NCBI GenBank assembly: GCA_029243585.1
Contig: JAQWRR010000041.1
Span: forward strand, 3,477 to 67,476
Origin: Gammaproteobacteria bacterium
Lineage (GTDB): Bacteria; Pseudomonadota; Gammaproteobacteria; Steroidobacterales; Rariloculaceae
DNA length: 64,000 nt
Direction of reading: 5' to 3'
The translations under genes were made by a program, and so were the position numbers. Below the pieces are notes generated by a model, which saw only the letters and a list, made by a program, of their open reading frames with translations, had not been told where the DNA came from and did not search any database. Positions 1 to 10,501 of this stretch are shown in pieces (position 1 is the first letter of the stretch; each line of letters starts with the position of its first letter).

Positions 1-794
1 AGAGCGCTCGTGAAATTAGAGTGATGAAGCGTTCAGCACGTATTGCAGAAGCAGCACATAGTCGTGCCATGAGGCTTTGCAAGCCAGGCATGAAGGAGCA
101 TGAACTGGCTGCTGAGTTTTATCATGAGTTCGCATGTCATGGTGCCGAGTGCTCCTATCAACCAATAGTGGCTTCTGGTTCTAATGCTTGTATTTTGCAT
201 TACACAGAAAATAATGCGGTTTTAGAGGATGGCGATCTCGTTCTTATCGATGCTGGTTGTGAATATGAGCTGTATGCATCTGATATTACTCGGACGTTTC
301 CAGTTAATGGGAAATTTAGCGCAAACCAGAAAGCACTATATGAGATTGTTTATGCGGCAAACCGTGCTGCTATAGCTCAGATACAGCAAGGCAATCATTG
401 GAATGATCCTCATGATGCTGCGGTGAGAGAAATTACCCGCGGGCTCAGGGATGTGGGCATTCTTAAAGGGAGATTATCGACGCTATTAAAGAGTAAAGCT
501 TATCTTCCTTACTTCATGCACAAGACCGGGCATTGGTTAGGTATAGATGTACATGATGTTGGAGATTATAAAATAGCTGATAATCCACGGTTATTAGAGC
601 CAGGTATGGTTATGACTGTTGAACCGGGAATCTATGTTTCTTCAGGTATAAAGGGTATTTCGAAGTCTTGGGAAGGGATAGGTATTCGTCTAGAAGACGA
701 TGTATTTCTTTCTAGAAATGGGGCAGAGGTTTTATCTGATCATTTGCCTTCTAGTGCAGAAGAGATTGAAGCATTTATGGGTAGTCAATCTTGA
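1..794 (+). CDS. pepP: Xaa-Pro aminopeptidase (M24B), C-terminal part; the 5' end lies outside the window
   Basis: The frame is open to base 3 (SAREIRVMKRSARIAEAAH...). Pita-bread metal-site motifs are present: DGDLVLIDAG, YASDITRTFPVNGKF, HKTGHWLGIDVHD, EPGIY. It is followed by ubiH-ubiI as in E. coli. Confidence 0.85.
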   Translation, partial: SAREIRVMKRSARIAEAAHSRAMRLCKPGMKEHELAAEFYHEFACHGAECSYQPIVASGSNACILHYTENNAVLEDGDLVLIDAGCEYELYASDITRTFPVNGKFSANQKALYEIVYAANRAAIAQIQQGNHWNDPHDAAVREITRGLRDVGILKGRLSTLLKSKAYLPYFMHKTGHWLGIDVHDVGDYKIADNPRLLEPGMVMTVEPGIYVSSGIKGISKSWEGIGIRLEDDVFLSRNGAEVLSDHLPSSAEEIEAFMGSQS

Positions 795-2032
795 GTTCCA
801 ATAAATCACATTGTGATGTATTAATTGTTGGTGGTGGCCTGGTTGGGTCGACACTAGCCTATGCGCTTTCTCAGGCAAAAATTTCAACAGTTTTGCTTGA
901 GGAGCGCAACCCTGATTTTATTGGGCAACCTAGCTTTGATGACAGAGTGACTGCTTTAGCTAATGGTAGTCAGCGAATTTTCCAAGGACTTGATCTTTGG
1001 AAGGACCTATTAGACGTAGTCGAACCTATCAACTCTATACATATATCGGAACGTGGACGCTTTGGAATGTCAAGGATCATTGCCGAAGAAGAGGGCGTCT
1101 CGGCTTTAGGCTATACAATTGAAAATCGAGTATTAGGTGAAACAATTTGGTCTAAGCTTTCAAGTTTAGATTCCCTTACATGTTTAGCGCCGGCAAAATT
1201 AGACTCCCTTAGTATCAAAACAGATGGAATTATTGCGGGAGTTAAAATAGACGGTAGTAATAATGAAGTAAGGGCAAAATTAGTGGTTGCTGCAGATGGT
1301 ATAAGATCTAAGGTTCGTGAGTCACTAGGCATCGCAGTCCTAACGGATGTCTATGACCAGCAGGCAGTTATCGTTAATTGTCAGACAGAAGTACCACATG
1401 GTGGCCAAGCATTTGAGAGGTTCACGCCTTCTGGCCCGTTAGCTTTTTTGCCTCTTCGGCTTAATCGTGTAGGCGTTGTATGGACTTTGAGTCCTGAGAA
1501 AAAAAAGATAATTAGTGAATTATCAGATAAAGAGTTTACAGTAGAATTACAAAAATCTTTTGGCAATCGCTTAGGAAGAATAAACAGAGTGGGCTCACGG
1601 TCTTTTTACCCTTTGACAAGAGTACGTAGCGATACTCTTATTTCAAGTCGGGCCGTTCTGGTAGGTAATGCGGCGTTAAACTTACACCCAGTTGCTGGGC
1701 AGGGATTCAATCTTGCTCTCAGAGATATAGCAGCTCTTGCAGAGGTTCTTGTTGATGCTCAATGCGATAACACTACAATTGATTTAGGGGATTCATGTCT
1801 TCTAGATCGCTATCAGGCATGGCGATTCGGTGATCAACAGCGTGTTGCACAATTTACCCATGGATTGATAAAACTATTTGGCTATAAGTTAGGACCACTA
1901 GCTATGACGCGTAGTTTGGGTTTGGTAGCGTTTGATTTAATACCTGGGGCAAAAGGTAAGCTTGCCCGGCAAACAATGGGCCTTTCCGGGCGTTTATCTA
2001 GGTTGGCTCGTGGTCTGCCATTAGTGTCTTGA
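791..2032 (+). CDS. ubiH: FAD-dependent ubiquinone-biosynthesis hydroxylase (UbiH type)
   Basis: FAD fingerprint DVLIVGGGLVGS near the N-terminus and the family motif GNAALNLHPVAGQGFNLALRD. It lies directly after pepP. The only in-frame start before the GxGxxG is a TTG overlapping the pepP stop (TTGA). Confidence 0.8.
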   Translation: MSSNKSHCDVLIVGGGLVGSTLAYALSQAKISTVLLEERNPDFIGQPSFDDRVTALANGSQRIFQGLDLWKDLLDVVEPINSIHISERGRFGMSRIIAEEEGVSALGYTIENRVLGETIWSKLSSLDSLTCLAPAKLDSLSIKTDGIIAGVKIDGSNNEVRAKLVVAADGIRSKVRESLGIAVLTDVYDQQAVIVNCQTEVPHGGQAFERFTPSGPLAFLPLRLNRVGVVWTLSPEKKKIISELSDKEFTVELQKSFGNRLGRINRVGSRSFYPLTRVRSDTLISSRAVLVGNAALNLHPVAGQGFNLALRDIAALAEVLVDAQCDNTTIDLGDSCLLDRYQAWRFGDQQRVAQFTHGLIKLFGYKLGPLAMTRSLGLVAFDLIPGAKGKLARQTMGLSGRLSRLARGLPLVS

Positions 2033-3267
2033 ATAAAAAGCCACAGCGCCTGGTAGTTGTTGTTGGCGGTGGTCCTGTGGGTTTATCTGTGGCCGCGTTA
2101 CTAAGTTCACACTCTAAATTAGAAAAATTTGATGTACATCTATTAGATTCAGGGTCTACACCAACCTGGTTTCGGGATAGCGTTGATTTGCGCGTATACG
2201 CACTTTCCCGTGTCTCACAGAATATTCTTAACAACCTGGGCGTATGGGAATCTATAGAAACCTGCCGCTCGTCTCCCTATGAGAGGATGCATGTATGGCA
2301 GGGAAAACATGACGCTCGCTTAGGTTCGGTAACATTCGATAGCGCGGAAGTGGGAGAGCCTAACTTAGGACATATTGTTGAAGATAGTTTGCTACGAGCT
2401 GAGTTAGTAAAGAATCTAGAACGCGCTGGCGTAAAAATTACATTTGGTGCCGAATTAAGCGAAATAGATGTACGAGAGAGAGAGGCTTATGTAACTCTTG
2501 CAACAGGCGAAAAGCTTTCGGCTGCTATTTTAATTGCAGCTGATGGTAGCTCTTCGACTGTTCGTGATTTACTTGAGATGCCTATAACAAAGGTCTCATA
2601 TCAGCAACAAGCTATCGTCACACATATAGAGACAGAAAAACCTCATGCGAAGACTGCCTGGCAGAGATTTCTTCCAGATGGTCCTCTAGCATTTTTGCCA
2701 CTAGCGGATGGGCGTAGTTCTGTGGTTTGGTCTGCTAAGTCTAATCATGCTAGGACCCTTTGCGAGCTTGGGGATTCTGAATTTAGGGCTAAACTTCAGA
2801 GAGCTAGTGGTAATGTATTAGGGAAGATATTGTCGCTTACTAAGCGTGCCAATTTTCCGCTTCAGGCATCTCATGCTCATCAATACTGCAGTGATCGAGT
2901 TGTGCTTGTTGGTGATGCTGCTCACACAATACACCCACTGGCAGGACAGGGCATGAACCTTGGCCTTATGGATGCTGCTGTAGTTGCTGACGTGCTTTTG
3001 GGGGCATTACATAAGGGAGAAGATCCTGGTGATTTGCGTGTGTTACGTCGTTATGAACGCCAGAGGAAGGGAGACAACTTAAAAATGCTTCTTGCTCTTG
3101 ATGTGCTGCATAGACTTTTCGGTGTTTCTGGGAATCTCATGCCACCAATTCGTTCAATCGGACTTAGTGCTTTTGATGCCATGCCCTTTGTGAAGTCTAT
3201 GATAATGCATAGGGCACTTGGTTATAGAAATCAACTCCCAGGAGCAGCAATAAATCCGATAGTTTGA
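2029..3267 (+). CDS. ubiI: FAD-dependent ubiquinone-biosynthesis hydroxylase (UbiI/VisC type)
   Basis: [15 protein letters not shown] motif and [21 protein letters not shown]. It is a paralogue of the upstream gene and sits in the position of visC/ubiI in the pepP-ubiH-visC string. TTG start overlaps the ubiH stop. Confidence 0.7.
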   Translation: MNKKPQRLVVVVGGGPVGLSVAALLSSHSKLEKFDVHLLDSGSTPTWFRDSVDLRVYALSRVSQNILNNLGVWESIETCRSSPYERMHVWQGKHDARLGSVTFDSAEVGEPNLGHIVEDSLLRAELVKNLERAGVKITFGAELSEIDVREREAYVTLATGEKLSAAILIAADGSSSTVRDLLEMPITKVSYQQQAIVTHIETEKPHAKTAWQRFLPDGPLAFLPLADGRSSVVWSAKSNHARTLCELGDSEFRAKLQRASGNVLGKILSLTKRANFPLQASHAHQYCSDRVVLVGDAAHTIHPLAGQGMNLGLMDAAVVADVLLGALHKGEDPGDLRVLRRYERQRKGDNLKMLLALDVLHRLFGVSGNLMPPIRSIGLSAFDAMPFVKSMIMHRALGYRNQLPGAAINPIV

Positions 3268-3323
3268 GCGGTTTTAATTTTCAGTTCTGTATAAAGCTGA
3301 AAAGCATCAAAGGAGTATGCCTA

Positions 3324-3718
3324 ATGAGTGAGGTACCTAACGATTTTAAGTACACAAAAGATCATGAGTGGGTTTCTGAACAGGATGATGGAACTTTGAT
3401 TGTTGGTATTACAGATTATGCACAGGCCTCCTTAGGAAATTTAGTGTTCGTAGAGTTGCCAGAAATAGACGATATGGTAGTAATGGGTGATGAATGCGCA
3501 GTTGTAGAATCTGTTAAAGCTGCATCCGATGTGTATTGTCCTTTAAGCGGAACAATCACTAAAAAAATGAAGCGCTCATAGATACACCTGAACTTGTAAA
3601 TTCTGATCCATATGGAGAAGGTTGGTTGTTCTGTTTAAGGACAGATCACCCTGCAGAATTTGAAGAGTTACTCAATAATAAGGGCTATACAGCACTACTT
3701 GCTGAGATAGATGATTGA
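3324..3718 (+). pseudogene. gcvH: Glycine-cleavage H protein (lipoyl carrier) with its frame broken by a 1-nt deficit in an A7 run
   Basis: AGGAG RBS at 3311-3315 and ATG at 3324. The sequence [17 protein letters not shown]...[21 protein letters not shown] stops at 3579-3581. The next frame continues [50 protein letters not shown] to the stop at 3716-3718. The span is 395 nt, one base short of in-frame. Confidence 0.8.
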
Positions 3719-3837
3719 TAAAAATTATCTTAATCTGGTGTAAAGCCAATCAAATTCATTAGATTTCATTAAAAAAATAATATGAATATTTATAGTTTTC
3801 TGGTCATGCTAGCGTTGCGAGTCATACAATTGTCCTT

Positions 3838-6627
3838 ATGAAAAAAATTCTATTATTTCCGCTGATTGTAATCATGGCTTTAACAAGCGCTGGCGCCCAA
3901 GAATCATCATGGAATTTGACCTTAGACAAGATATCTTCAGGCGTTGTTTCTATTCAGGTGGACAGTACGCGAGCCTTTGATACTGAACGTAATCAGTCTA
4001 GCCAAGCTACTGGTTTTATTGTTGACGCTGAGCAAGGCCTTATATTGACGAATCGGCATGTGGTAACACCAGGACCCGTGGTCGCACAAGCAGTATTTTT
4101 AAACCAAGAAGAAGTAGATCTTATACCTGTTTATCGGGATCCAGTGCATGATTTTGGGTTTTTTAAGTATGACCCTGAGGATCTTAGGTTTATAGAACCC
4201 AGCGAACTAGAATTGGTTCCAGAAGCTGCTCAAATTGGTCTAGATATAAGGGTTATTGGAAATGATGCTGGTGAACAACTATCGATTCTAGCAGGTACGA
4301 TTGCACGTCTAGACCGTCAAGCGCCTAACTATGGCCGTGGCAATTACAATGATTTTAATACTTTTTATTTTCAGGCGGCATCTGGAACATCGGGTGGTTC
4401 TTCTGGGTCTCCAGTTGTTGACATTCAGGGTAGGGTTGTAGCGTTAAATGCTGGAGCAAACTCACAAGCTGCAACGAGTTTTTTTCTACCGCTTGATCGT
4501 GTGCGTAGGGCTTTAAGACTAATACAAGAAGACAAGTTCGTACCGAGAGGAACACTTCAAACTGAATTTATTCGTAAGCCCTATGCTGAATTGCGTCGTT
4601 TGGGTTTAACAGAAGAATCTGAATTAATGATGCGTAAAGCATTTCCCTCTCAGACGGGGCTTCTCGTAGTTGAGCAAGTAATTCCTAGTATGAGCACTTC
4701 TTCTTTTCTTCAACCAGGGGATATAGTGCTGAGTGTTGATGAGGATCTGGTAGTTAATTTTGTACCACTTGCAGCTACCTTGGATAATAGCGTCGGTAGT
4801 CAGCTGATGATTGAAATTGAACGCGGCGGTGTTTTAATGCGGGAGTCTATGTTAGTAGATGACCTACACCAGATAACATCGGATGAATATATCGAATATG
4901 CGGAGGGAATATTTCACCCTCTCTCATACCAACAAGCACGACATTTTAATCGTAGCGTTTCTGGCATTTATGTTGCCAGGCCTGGTTATGCTTTTGGCTC
5001 TTCGGCTATTCCGAGAGCCAGTCTTATCACCAGTATAGATGGTAAACCCATGAAAACTCTTGATGATTTTCAACAGATTCTTGAAAATCTTCCCGAGGGT
5101 CAGAGAGCGAGCGTGAGGTTTTCCCAATTAGATGATCCACAAATTGAACGTCAGAGATCGGTAATAAATAGCCGTGGGTGGTTTCCAACCCAGCGTTGTA
5201 GGCGTGATGATAAGTCAGGCTTTTGGCCATGTGATGTGATTGCTGATAGCCCATCTTTCAGACAACCCTCTGTGGGAACTACGACATTTCCTCTTCGAGG
5301 GAACAGGAATGTGCAGGAAATAACTCCATCGTTAGTACTAGTTAATTTTGACTTGCCTTATGCGGTTTCTGGCGTTTCAGAACGACATTACTATGGTACA
5401 GGGGTTATCGCTGATGTGGAGAGAGGCTGGGTTGTTGTTGATCGAAATACAGTACCAGTTGCTTTGGGTGATGTTCGTATAACTTTTGCAGGTTCGCTGG
5501 AAATACCGGGTAGGGTTGAATACATCCATCCACTCCACAATTTAGCAGTCGTATCCTATGATCCAGTTTTGATAGGAAACACTCCTGTCAAAGCAGCTAA
5601 TTTTTCAATTGCTGAGGTTCAACCAGGTGATGAAATAGAAGTTGTTGGGCTGAAGGCTGACCATACATTAATCTCTCAGCCAAGTGACGTCCGTGCCTTA
5701 ATAGCTGCAAACCTTCCTTTATCCAGAACTCTTCGTTTCAGAGACTCCAACCTTGAAGCCATTGAATTAGTTAATGGGCCTGATGAATTTGATGGTGTTG
5801 TCATTGATTCCAACGCCCAGGTTAAAGCACTTTGGGCAAGTTTTGCTTATCAGCAAGGGCGAGATTTTGGGCAGATTAATATGGGAGTTCCCTCGTATTT
5901 GATTGCTAATATGATAGAAAGTATGAGGTCTAATAAGCTATTACATTCACTGGAAGTAGAGTGGAGATTGATGCCATTGGCATCGGCACGAAATTTTGGA
6001 CTTCCCGAGGATTGGGTAAGGCGGTACGAACAACATAATCCTCAGAGGCGACAAGTACTTGCTGTCTCTAGTGCTGTTGCTGGCTCCCCTGCATCGGAGT
6101 TTTTTCGAGCAGGAGATATTATTCTAAGCGTCAATGGCGAAGTCTGGAATACTTTCAGGGAGATAGAAAATGCATCACAGAGCCCTGAGGTTGACGTAAC
6201 TGTCTACCGGGATGGCCAAGAATTGACTGAGCGAGTACGAACAGTTGCTTTAGATGGAAAGGGAATTGACCGGGTTGTTTCTTGGGCTGGCGCTCTACTC
6301 CAGGCACCCCATAGAGCAATTGCTGTGCAGAGAGGAATAGAGGCTAAAGGAGTGTATGTTTCCCATTTTGGTCTTGGTTCTCCTGCAAGTCGTTCAAGAC
6401 TTTATGCTGGGAGCTGGATAGTCAGTGTGAATGGGCAGCCAACCCCAGATCTGGATAGTTTCCTTAGTTTGGTAAATGAGCTTGGTGATCGAGACCCGAT
6501 CAGACTGAACAGAATTTCCCTAAATAACACATCTGAGGTCATCACTTTAAAGCTTGATAAGCGTTACTGGCCAAGTTATGAGTTGCGCAGGGATGGCCAA
6601 AAATGGCAGCGTTATTCTTTGGAGTGA
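3838..6627 (+). CDS. Exported Nma111-type serine protease (two HtrA-like halves, each followed by PDZ-like segments)
   Basis: Signal peptide present. The first half carries the triad context TNRHVV, YRDPVHDFGFFKYDP and GTSGGSSGSPVV. The second half (GTGVIADVERGWVVVDRNTV ... DGVVIDSNAQV) lacks the His and Ser. Four PDZ-like stretches are visible (for example PGDIVLSVDE, AGDIILSVNGE, GSWIVSVNGQ). Confidence 0.75.
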   Translation: MKKILLFPLIVIMALTSAGAQESSWNLTLDKISSGVVSIQVDSTRAFDTERNQSSQATGFIVDAEQGLILTNRHVVTPGPVVAQAVFLNQEEVDLIPVYRDPVHDFGFFKYDPEDLRFIEPSELELVPEAAQIGLDIRVIGNDAGEQLSILAGTIARLDRQAPNYGRGNYNDFNTFYFQAASGTSGGSSGSPVVDIQGRVVALNAGANSQAATSFFLPLDRVRRALRLIQEDKFVPRGTLQTEFIRKPYAELRRLGLTEESELMMRKAFPSQTGLLVVEQVIPSMSTSSFLQPGDIVLSVDEDLVVNFVPLAATLDNSVGSQLMIEIERGGVLMRESMLVDDLHQITSDEYIEYAEGIFHPLSYQQARHFNRSVSGIYVARPGYAFGSSAIPRASLITSIDGKPMKTLDDFQQILENLPEGQRASVRFSQLDDPQIERQRSVINSRGWFPTQRCRRDDKSGFWPCDVIADSPSFRQPSVGTTTFPLRGNRNVQEITPSLVLVNFDLPYAVSGVSERHYYGTGVIADVERGWVVVDRNTVPVALGDVRITFAGSLEIPGRVEYIHPLHNLAVVSYDPVLIGNTPVKAANFSIAEVQPGDEIEVVGLKADHTLISQPSDVRALIAANLPLSRTLRFRDSNLEAIELVNGPDEFDGVVIDSNAQVKALWASFAYQQGRDFGQINMGVPSYLIANMIESMRSNKLLHSLEVEWRLMPLASARNFGLPEDWVRRYEQHNPQRRQVLAVSSAVAGSPASEFFRAGDIILSVNGEVWNTFREIENASQSPEVDVTVYRDGQELTERVRTVALDGKGIDRVVSWAGALLQAPHRAIAVQRGIEAKGVYVSHFGLGSPASRSRLYAGSWIVSVNGQPTPDLDSFLSLVNELGDRDPIRLNRISLNNTSEVITLKLDKRYWPSYELRRDGQKWQRYSLE

Positions 6628-6724
6628 GCAATCCCTTTATTTGTAAGACATTCTTAAATTCTATTAGTGGATAATTGTCGTATCTGAGTTAGATGAGTTG
6701 AATGATCGTTAGTATACCTTGGGG

Positions 6725-8752
6725 CTATGGTCCAACTATTCTAGTAAATTCCTCAAACTCTGTAATTGGCGCTTGGCACTCAGTGCCTCGACAGATATAT
6801 GCGACTATTTCACCTTGTGGTTTTCTCTCAGCAAGAAAGCCTGGCAAAGCAGTCTCATTGTTAGCGATTGCAAAGCTTAGTCTGCGAGGGTGATACCCTG
6901 CGTTAGCATAGCTTTTCCACTTGTTTAAAGTGTCATCCTGTTCACCGCGAATAATTATAAGCTCAGGTGGAATTAGCAGTAGCTCTAAAGATTGGAGCAT
7001 AGAACCATGCCCTTGAGGGTAAGCTTCTAAGGTTGACCCTAATGCTTTAAGTGCTCTTTGAGCGGCGGAAATAAAAGCACTTTCTCCAAGTAGGTGCCCC
7101 AGCAGAATTAGTGTTTGCAAAGCGATGCCATTACCGGAAGGTATTGCCTCATCTGCAAGCGGTTTTGGTCTGTGGATTAGGGTTTCATGGTCATCAGGTG
7201 TAAAAAAGAAACCGCCGTTAGTGTCTTCAAAGTTTTTAAGTAGTACGTTCATAAGTTCATATGCCAGGACCATGTCTGTTGAACGCCAGCGATACTGTAA
7301 GAGTTCGAGTAAGCCTGCAGCGAGGAAGGCATAATCATCCAGATAAGCTGAAAAACGGCACCTTTGATCCTTATAGATAGCTGAAAGTCTGTCTCCATCC
7401 CAGAGTTTAAATCGAATAAAGTCCACAGCACATGTGGCAGATTCAGCCAGATCAGGGCGATCAAAATGTCGAGCAGCTCGTGCCATGGCTTTTATCATTA
7501 GTCCGTTCCAGGACGTTATAATTTTTTCGTCCTTACCTGGTGATAAACGTTGTTTGCGTGCAATGAGTAGCTTTTGTCGCGCAAATTCAAGATTTTCTAA
7601 GGTTTGTTGCTTTGACAAGGGCGTTTCAATTTCACTCAAAGCTGTGTTGTTACGTAAATGCCAAGCTTTTCCTTCAAAATTTGGCGCGCCTGTTAGCCCG
7701 AAGTGTTCGCTGGCAATAGAATACTGAGTAGTATCAAGCACAGCTTTTACCTCATCGGGGGTCCAGAGGTAATATGTACCTTCCTTGCCCTCAGAATCAG
7801 CATCTAAAGTGGCGTAATAGCCACCGCAGGAACTTTGCATATCGTTGATTATCCAATCAGCAGTATCAGAACCAATTCGCTTAAAAAACTCCTCACCGGT
7901 TGCGGCATGAGCATCTGCATAGACTGAGAGCAATGCTGCATTGTCATAGAGCATCTTTTCAAAGTGTGGAATATTCCAATACTGATCCACTGAATAACGA
8001 AAAAACCCACCTCCTATGTGGTCATAAAGCCCACCTTCTGCCATACGTGTAAGCGTTAATGTAGCCATATATAAAGCATTTAGATCGGGCTCTTTGTCTT
8101 TTGCTGATCGTTTCCAGGCCATCAATAGAGATTCAATATGAGTTGGGTGCGGAAATTTTGGAGCTGAACCAAAACCGCCATATTTTTCATCAAAATTTGA
8201 CTCTAGCTGTTCTCTAGCTTTTTCAAGTGGCCCCAGCGTTAGTTCTGTAATGCCTTCAGTATGATCGATACGAAACAGGGCCTTTTGTAGCTCCTTACCT
8301 TGAGTTTTTATATCTTGTTCATGCTCTCGATAGTAAGTCTCTACCCGTTCTAGTACTCGTTTGAATAGTTCGCGCGGGAAATAAGTACCAGTGAAGATAG
8401 GTGATTGATCTTCGGGCGTAAGAAATACAGTTAGTGGCCACCCACCTGGCGCGCGCGCCATCAGTTGATGGGCTGTTTGGTAGATTTTATCTAGATCCGG
8501 TCGTTCTTCTCGATCAACCTTGATATTTACAAATAGTTTATTCATTAGTGCTGCCGTTGCTTCGTCCTCAAATGATTCATGAGCCATTACATGACACCAG
8601 TGGCAGGCTGAATAACCGATAGATAGTAGGATAGGCTTCTTTTCATGCGACGCGAGTTGTAAAGAATCCTCATTCCATGCAAACCAATCAACTGGATTAT
8701 CTGAATGTTGGAGAAGATATGGACTGGTTTCTTTTGAAAGTCTGTTGGTCAT
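6725..8752 (-). CDS. Thioredoxin-domain protein of the YyaL/DUF255 (SPATA20-like) family with an (alpha/alpha)6 C-terminal region
   Basis: The N-terminus [24 protein letters not shown]...[18 protein letters not shown] is the signature of this family. Length is 675 aa. Confidence 0.85.
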   Translation of the reverse strand: MTNRLSKETSPYLLQHSDNPVDWFAWNEDSLQLASHEKKPILLSIGYSACHWCHVMAHESFEDEATAALMNKLFVNIKVDREERPDLDKIYQTAHQLMARAPGGWPLTVFLTPEDQSPIFTGTYFPRELFKRVLERVETYYREHEQDIKTQGKELQKALFRIDHTEGITELTLGPLEKAREQLESNFDEKYGGFGSAPKFPHPTHIESLLMAWKRSAKDKEPDLNALYMATLTLTRMAEGGLYDHIGGGFFRYSVDQYWNIPHFEKMLYDNAALLSVYADAHAATGEEFFKRIGSDTADWIINDMQSSCGGYYATLDADSEGKEGTYYLWTPDEVKAVLDTTQYSIASEHFGLTGAPNFEGKAWHLRNNTALSEIETPLSKQQTLENLEFARQKLLIARKQRLSPGKDEKIITSWNGLMIKAMARAARHFDRPDLAESATCAVDFIRFKLWDGDRLSAIYKDQRCRFSAYLDDYAFLAAGLLELLQYRWRSTDMVLAYELMNVLLKNFEDTNGGFFFTPDDHETLIHRPKPLADEAIPSGNGIALQTLILLGHLLGESAFISAAQRALKALGSTLEAYPQGHGSMLQSLELLLIPPELIIIRGEQDDTLNKWKSYANAGYHPRRLSFAIANNETALPGFLAERKPQGEIVAYICRGTECQAPITEFEEFTRIVGP

Positions 8753-8814
8753 TATCTGACTATAGCAGCTAGTCTGGCTGGCCCCCGAGTGAGGGCATGA
8801 TTAGAATAACCCCG

Positions 8815-9615
8815 ATGCTCCAATATCCTGACATAGATCCTATAGCATTTGGACTTGGCCCCCTACAGGTGCGCTGGTATGGGTTGATGTATTTGATCGG
8901 ATTTGCGCTTGCTTGGTTTGGTCTAAGAATGCGCGCTAGGCGCCAAAACAGCCCTATCTCGCATATGGCTGTAGATGACTTGATTTTTTATGTGGCCTTG
9001 GGAGTTATCCTCGGCGGGCGAGTTGGATATATGTTCTTCTATAATCTATCCGTTCTAATTGAGAATCCCTTTTCACTTTTTCGGGTATGGGAAGGAGGCA
9101 TGTCTTTTCATGGTGGACTGATCGGTGTTGCAATTGCTATGGCTGTGTATGCTAGCCAATTGAATAAACCTTTTTATGAGGTCACTGATTTTATTGCTCC
9201 TTGGGTTCCTCCTGGTTTAGGTCTAGGAAGAATTGGAAACTTTATTAACGGAGAACTTTGGGGTTCTCAAGCTCATCCGGAAGCTTTCTATGCTGTTTGG
9301 GTAAATGGGGTGCCGCGGCATGCCAGTCAGCTTTATGAGGCCTGTCTAGAGGGGCTAGTCTTATTTCTTATCCTCTGGATATATTCGCGTAAAGCTAGAC
9401 CAACTATGGCGGTGACGGGGATTTTCTTGTTCTTTTATGGGACTTTTCGAAGTGTAGTTGAATTTGTTCGTTTGCCGGATACGCATTTAAATGTGGCAGC
9501 AGATGGGTATCTAGCTTTTGGGTGGTTGACCATGGGGCATGTGCTTTCTTTACCTATGATTTTATTTGGGGCATTTTTATTTATGTCTGCTTACCGACAT
9601 AAGCGCTTGGCGTAA
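8815..9615 (+). CDS. lgt: Prolipoprotein diacylglyceryl transferase
   Basis: [40 protein letters not shown] and [13 protein letters not shown], with multiple TM segments. It is followed by thyA as in E. coli. An alternative upstream ATG lies at 8797. Confidence 0.9.
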   Translation: MLQYPDIDPIAFGLGPLQVRWYGLMYLIGFALAWFGLRMRARRQNSPISHMAVDDLIFYVALGVILGGRVGYMFFYNLSVLIENPFSLFRVWEGGMSFHGGLIGVAIAMAVYASQLNKPFYEVTDFIAPWVPPGLGLGRIGNFINGELWGSQAHPEAFYAVWVNGVPRHASQLYEACLEGLVLFLILWIYSRKARPTMAVTGIFLFFYGTFRSVVEFVRLPDTHLNVAADGYLAFGWLTMGHVLSLPMILFGAFLFMSAYRHKRLA

Positions 9616-9626
9616 AGCGGTTAATT

Positions 9627-10421
9627 ATGAGGCAATATTTAGATTTACTTAGGACTATTAGAGAAGAGGGCATTGAAAAAATGGATCGTACCGGCACCGG
9701 TACTTTAAGCATCTTTGGCCAACAACTTCGTTGTGATTTAAAGGAAGGGTTTCCGGTATTAACAACTAAGAAATTACACCTTCCATCCATCATTCATGAA
9801 CTACTCTGGTTTTTGCGTGGCGATACTAATGTTCAATATCTGAATAATAATGGCGTAAGAATCTGGAATGAATGGGCTGATGATTCTGGTGATTTAGGTC
9901 CAATCTACGGAGCGCAGTGGCGTGCTTGGCCAACGACTGATGGTCGAGTAATCGATCAGATTCAAAGAGTAATGGAACTTATTCGGACTGATCCAGATTC
10001 GCGCCGCATCCTTGTCAATTCTTGGAATGTCGGTGAGCTTGAAAAAATGGCGTTAACGCCATGTCATGCGTTGTTTCAGTTCTATGTCGCAGAGGGTAGA
10101 TTATCTTGCCAGCTCTATCAAAGAAGTGCTGACGTTTTTTTAGGTGTTCCCTTCAATATTGCGTCTTATGCCCTTCTTACTCAGATGCTGGCTCAGCAGG
10201 CGGATCTTGAACTAGGCGAATTTGTTTGGACAGGTGGTGACTGCCACCTTTACTTAAATCACTTGGCTCAGGCCGATGAACAATTGAGTCGTGAACCGTC
10301 CTCACTACCACATCTAAAAATAAATCGCCGTCCCGGATCGATATTCGATTATAAATATGAAGATTTTGAGCTTATTGATTATAAAGCTCAGCCTAATATC
10401 AAGGCTAAAGTAGCTGTTTAG
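9627..10421 (+). CDS. thyA: Thymidylate synthase (ThyA type)
   Basis: MRQYLDLLR...[12 protein letters not shown] and the active-site context [13 protein letters not shown]. 264 aa. Confidence 0.95.
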   Translation: MRQYLDLLRTIREEGIEKMDRTGTGTLSIFGQQLRCDLKEGFPVLTTKKLHLPSIIHELLWFLRGDTNVQYLNNNGVRIWNEWADDSGDLGPIYGAQWRAWPTTDGRVIDQIQRVMELIRTDPDSRRILVNSWNVGELEKMALTPCHALFQFYVAEGRLSCQLYQRSADVFLGVPFNIASYALLTQMLAQQADLELGEFVWTGGDCHLYLNHLAQADEQLSREPSSLPHLKINRRPGSIFDYKYEDFELIDYKAQPNIKAKVAV

Positions 10422-10501
10422 GTTTTACCGGTAAGTGACGCAGCAAACGTAGTGGGGTTTATAGGGCCTTATACAGGAGCTAACCGGTAAGTCTAAAAAA
10501 T

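Noticed and set aside
3264-3323. N-terminal extension of gcvH ([20 protein letters not shown]) suggested by the ORF track
   Set aside because: ATG 3324 is preceded by an AGGAG RBS and yields the canonical GcvH N-terminus. The extension overlaps the ubiI stop and has no homology signal.
10427-10492. 10-nt direct repeat ACCGGTAAGT (10427-10436 and 10483-10492) between the convergent thyA and apaH genes
   Set aside because: It is too short to distinguish from chance and forms no convincing hairpin or terminator structure. It is noted only as a possible small intergenic repeat.
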